Positions 8,847 through 10,646 of a DNA stretch of 10,646 bases are shown here, piece after piece. Numbering within the stretch: position 1 is the first letter of the stretch; the number at the start of each line of letters is the position of its first letter. A program made the position numbers and the translations under genes. Source of the DNA: Geosiphon pyriformis uo1 (lineage: Eukaryota; Fungi; Glomeromycota); NCBI GenBank assembly GCA_016748015.1, contig JAAOMT010000791.1, forward strand, positions 20,713-31,358. Reading direction: 5' to 3'. Below the pieces are notes generated by a model, which saw only the letters and a program-made list of their open reading frames with translations, was not told where the DNA came from and searched no databases.

Positions 8847-9526
8847 TTTATTGTAGAAAAAATACCTTTTAATATATAATATTATTTAAAAAATCTTTGT
8901 TACAGAGAAATTTAATTGGAAACTGTTTCTGAAACAGCATAAGAAAATATCAAGAATTTAAATACAAAGAACGTTATTCCTTTGCAAAATTTAATTAATT
9001 AGTTTAAAAGTTGCATCGACTAGAATTCCCTTTTTTTCATCAAATGATTGAGAATTAGCGGATGAAAGAGATTTTATTAGGAATTTTTGAATTTATTATA
9101 TCTAAATTGTGGTTACAATATTATACTTCAAATATTAGGAAAATTTTTTTTTCCATACAATTTTAGTGTCAAGATTGCAAAAAAATTAAATAGGGTGACG
9201 GAATATTTTTTAAAAATCTTATCGATTTTATTAGAGTTTAATCCGTTAATCAAATTTGCTTTACTGATTGCTAATTGAATTTGTACAGAAATATTTCCTG
9301 GTCTTGTTAATTTTTTAAGTTTCAATATATTGATTGAATTGATGGGTTTCAGGTTTCAGCAATTGGAAATTCTTTTTTTTTTTTTCAAACCATTTGAAAG
9401 TTTTTTGTTCAGATATAATTCATTCATACTTTTCAAAATAGTTTTTATCAATTTCAATCGCCAAAGTTTATTACTTGACATGTAACTACTTTTGTTATTA
9501 TGAAGCTTTACTAAGATTTTTCCTAT
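8847..9526 (+). repeat. Dispersed direct repeat, copy 2 (~680 bp; left end hidden in N gap)
   Basis: Matches 4607-5321 apart from a handful of substitutions, two 2-bp homopolymer indels and a 35-bp deletion. Confidence 0.95.
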
Positions 9527-10282
9527 AAAAGTAAAAATTTTTCCACTAATTTAAAAAAAATATTTACATTGATTTTCAAAAGGAATTTTTTATTTTTTAG
9601 GACTTTATCACAAGTTTTTCAGGCTATGGGATTCATAAACATGAGCCAAATTCGGCATAATTTTCTACAGTTGCTCACAGCAAGAAACTGAAGACGAAAA
9701 AAAAGGGGAATTCCATATCACGTTATAGAAGAATTGTAGGTGGTCAATAGTAAATAAAATACATTTATTAAAATACTAATGTAATCTTTATTTTGGCTAT
9801 TATTTAAATAAAAAATAATGCGTTCAGTCAGCAAAGGAAAGGACATGAACATAAATATAAACGCTTTAAGACTTTTTTAAATATAAATAAATAAAATATT
9901 TTTCATTATATTCAATATTTTTAAGCCTTTTTTTTATTTCAATGCCTCAGAATTTCTCAAGAAATAAACTTCTGAATATATAGACTGTTAGAAGAAGGAT
10001 AAACGGTCTGCAAATCACTGCATTAGACCAGGTACACTTGGTTTCTGTTTTAAAAATTTACAAAAATAAAAAAAGAATCAGGAGTATCAATGAAAAACCA
10101 AAACCTAGTCATTTATGGACCCTTTTGATTCGTTTTTCAAAAAAATTCCGTTCTAGTGAAATTTTTTCAACACCAATTCTAAACCTAATTAGAAGTCAAT
10201 ATTTTTTTGGTTCACTTTTAATCAATTTTAAAACATATATATTAATAAAGCAAATTTTAAATGTAAATCAAAAATAAATAAC

Positions 10283-10646
10283 TTTTGGAATATAATTATC
10301 AATATTAGTAATCCTATGAATTATAATGTTACTGGCAAGTGAATTCACATATTGTGCAAATTGGTAATTCCCAACACGAGGTTGCCCATAAGTATAAATT
10401 TTTACTTTTTGTTTAATGTTGAGAGTTATTAATTCTAGCATTCCAAGCAAAACATATACTAAAATTTTAAAAGTATATCGATTTAGTATTTAAAATTAAT
10501 TATGTTTTTATTTTAAAAAATTCTATAAATCTCTTACCACCACCTGAACCATGTCCAATTCCAATAACCTTTCTAAATAACTTCTTTTTTAGTAGACTAT
10601 CATAAAACCCTTTAAATTTCTGTTTTATGCTCTTAAACTCTTGGTC
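10283..10646 (-). CDS. Second class-3 lipase homologue (partial: 5' part outside window, 3' exons unresolved), predicted non-catalytic
   Basis: Exon 10646-10538 DQEFKSIKQKFKGFYDSLLKKKLFRKVIGIGHGSGG; intron 10537-10459 (GTAAGA...TTTTAG, 79 nt); exon 10458-10283 VYVLLGMLELITLNIKQKVKIYTYGQPRVGNYQFAQYVNSLASNIIIHRITNIDNYIPK. The YTYGQPRVGN motif is diagnostic of Lipase_3. Confidence 0.85.

Noticed and set aside
4607-9526. Intact LTR retrotransposon
   Set aside because: No TG/CA termini, PBS/PPT or gag-pol remnants seen; retained only as a direct duplication.
7704-10277. Short ORFs 7704-7886, 9087-9278, 9128-9325 and 10038-10277
   Set aside because: Non-ATG starts, compositionally AT-driven, no recognisable motifs; those inside the repeat are frameshifted in the other copy.

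Overview
Very AT-rich eukaryotic scaffold with short GT-AG introns and three N gaps (2067-2086, 6094-6370, 8797-8846). Gene content suggests a fungus, most likely Glomeromycotina (inference). All recognisable genes are on the minus strand. (1) A long Sel1-like repeat (SLR) gene, open at both ends, built from 108-bp units that are near-identical in DNA but hypervariable at a few helix-A codons. One TGA at a conserved Gly (GGA) codon interrupts it, and the frame then stays open for 148 more codons. (2) A four-exon class-3 lipase homologue with Asp at the nucleophile position (GFDSGG), in-frame stops and a frameshift, probably a pseudogene. (3) Part of a second class-3 lipase paralogue with Gly at the nucleophile (GHGSGG) and Asn at the catalytic Asp. 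Between the lipases lie about 6 kb of decayed sequence. This includes a ~700-bp recent direct duplication and an older, inverted pair of pseudogene relics of one unnamed family.
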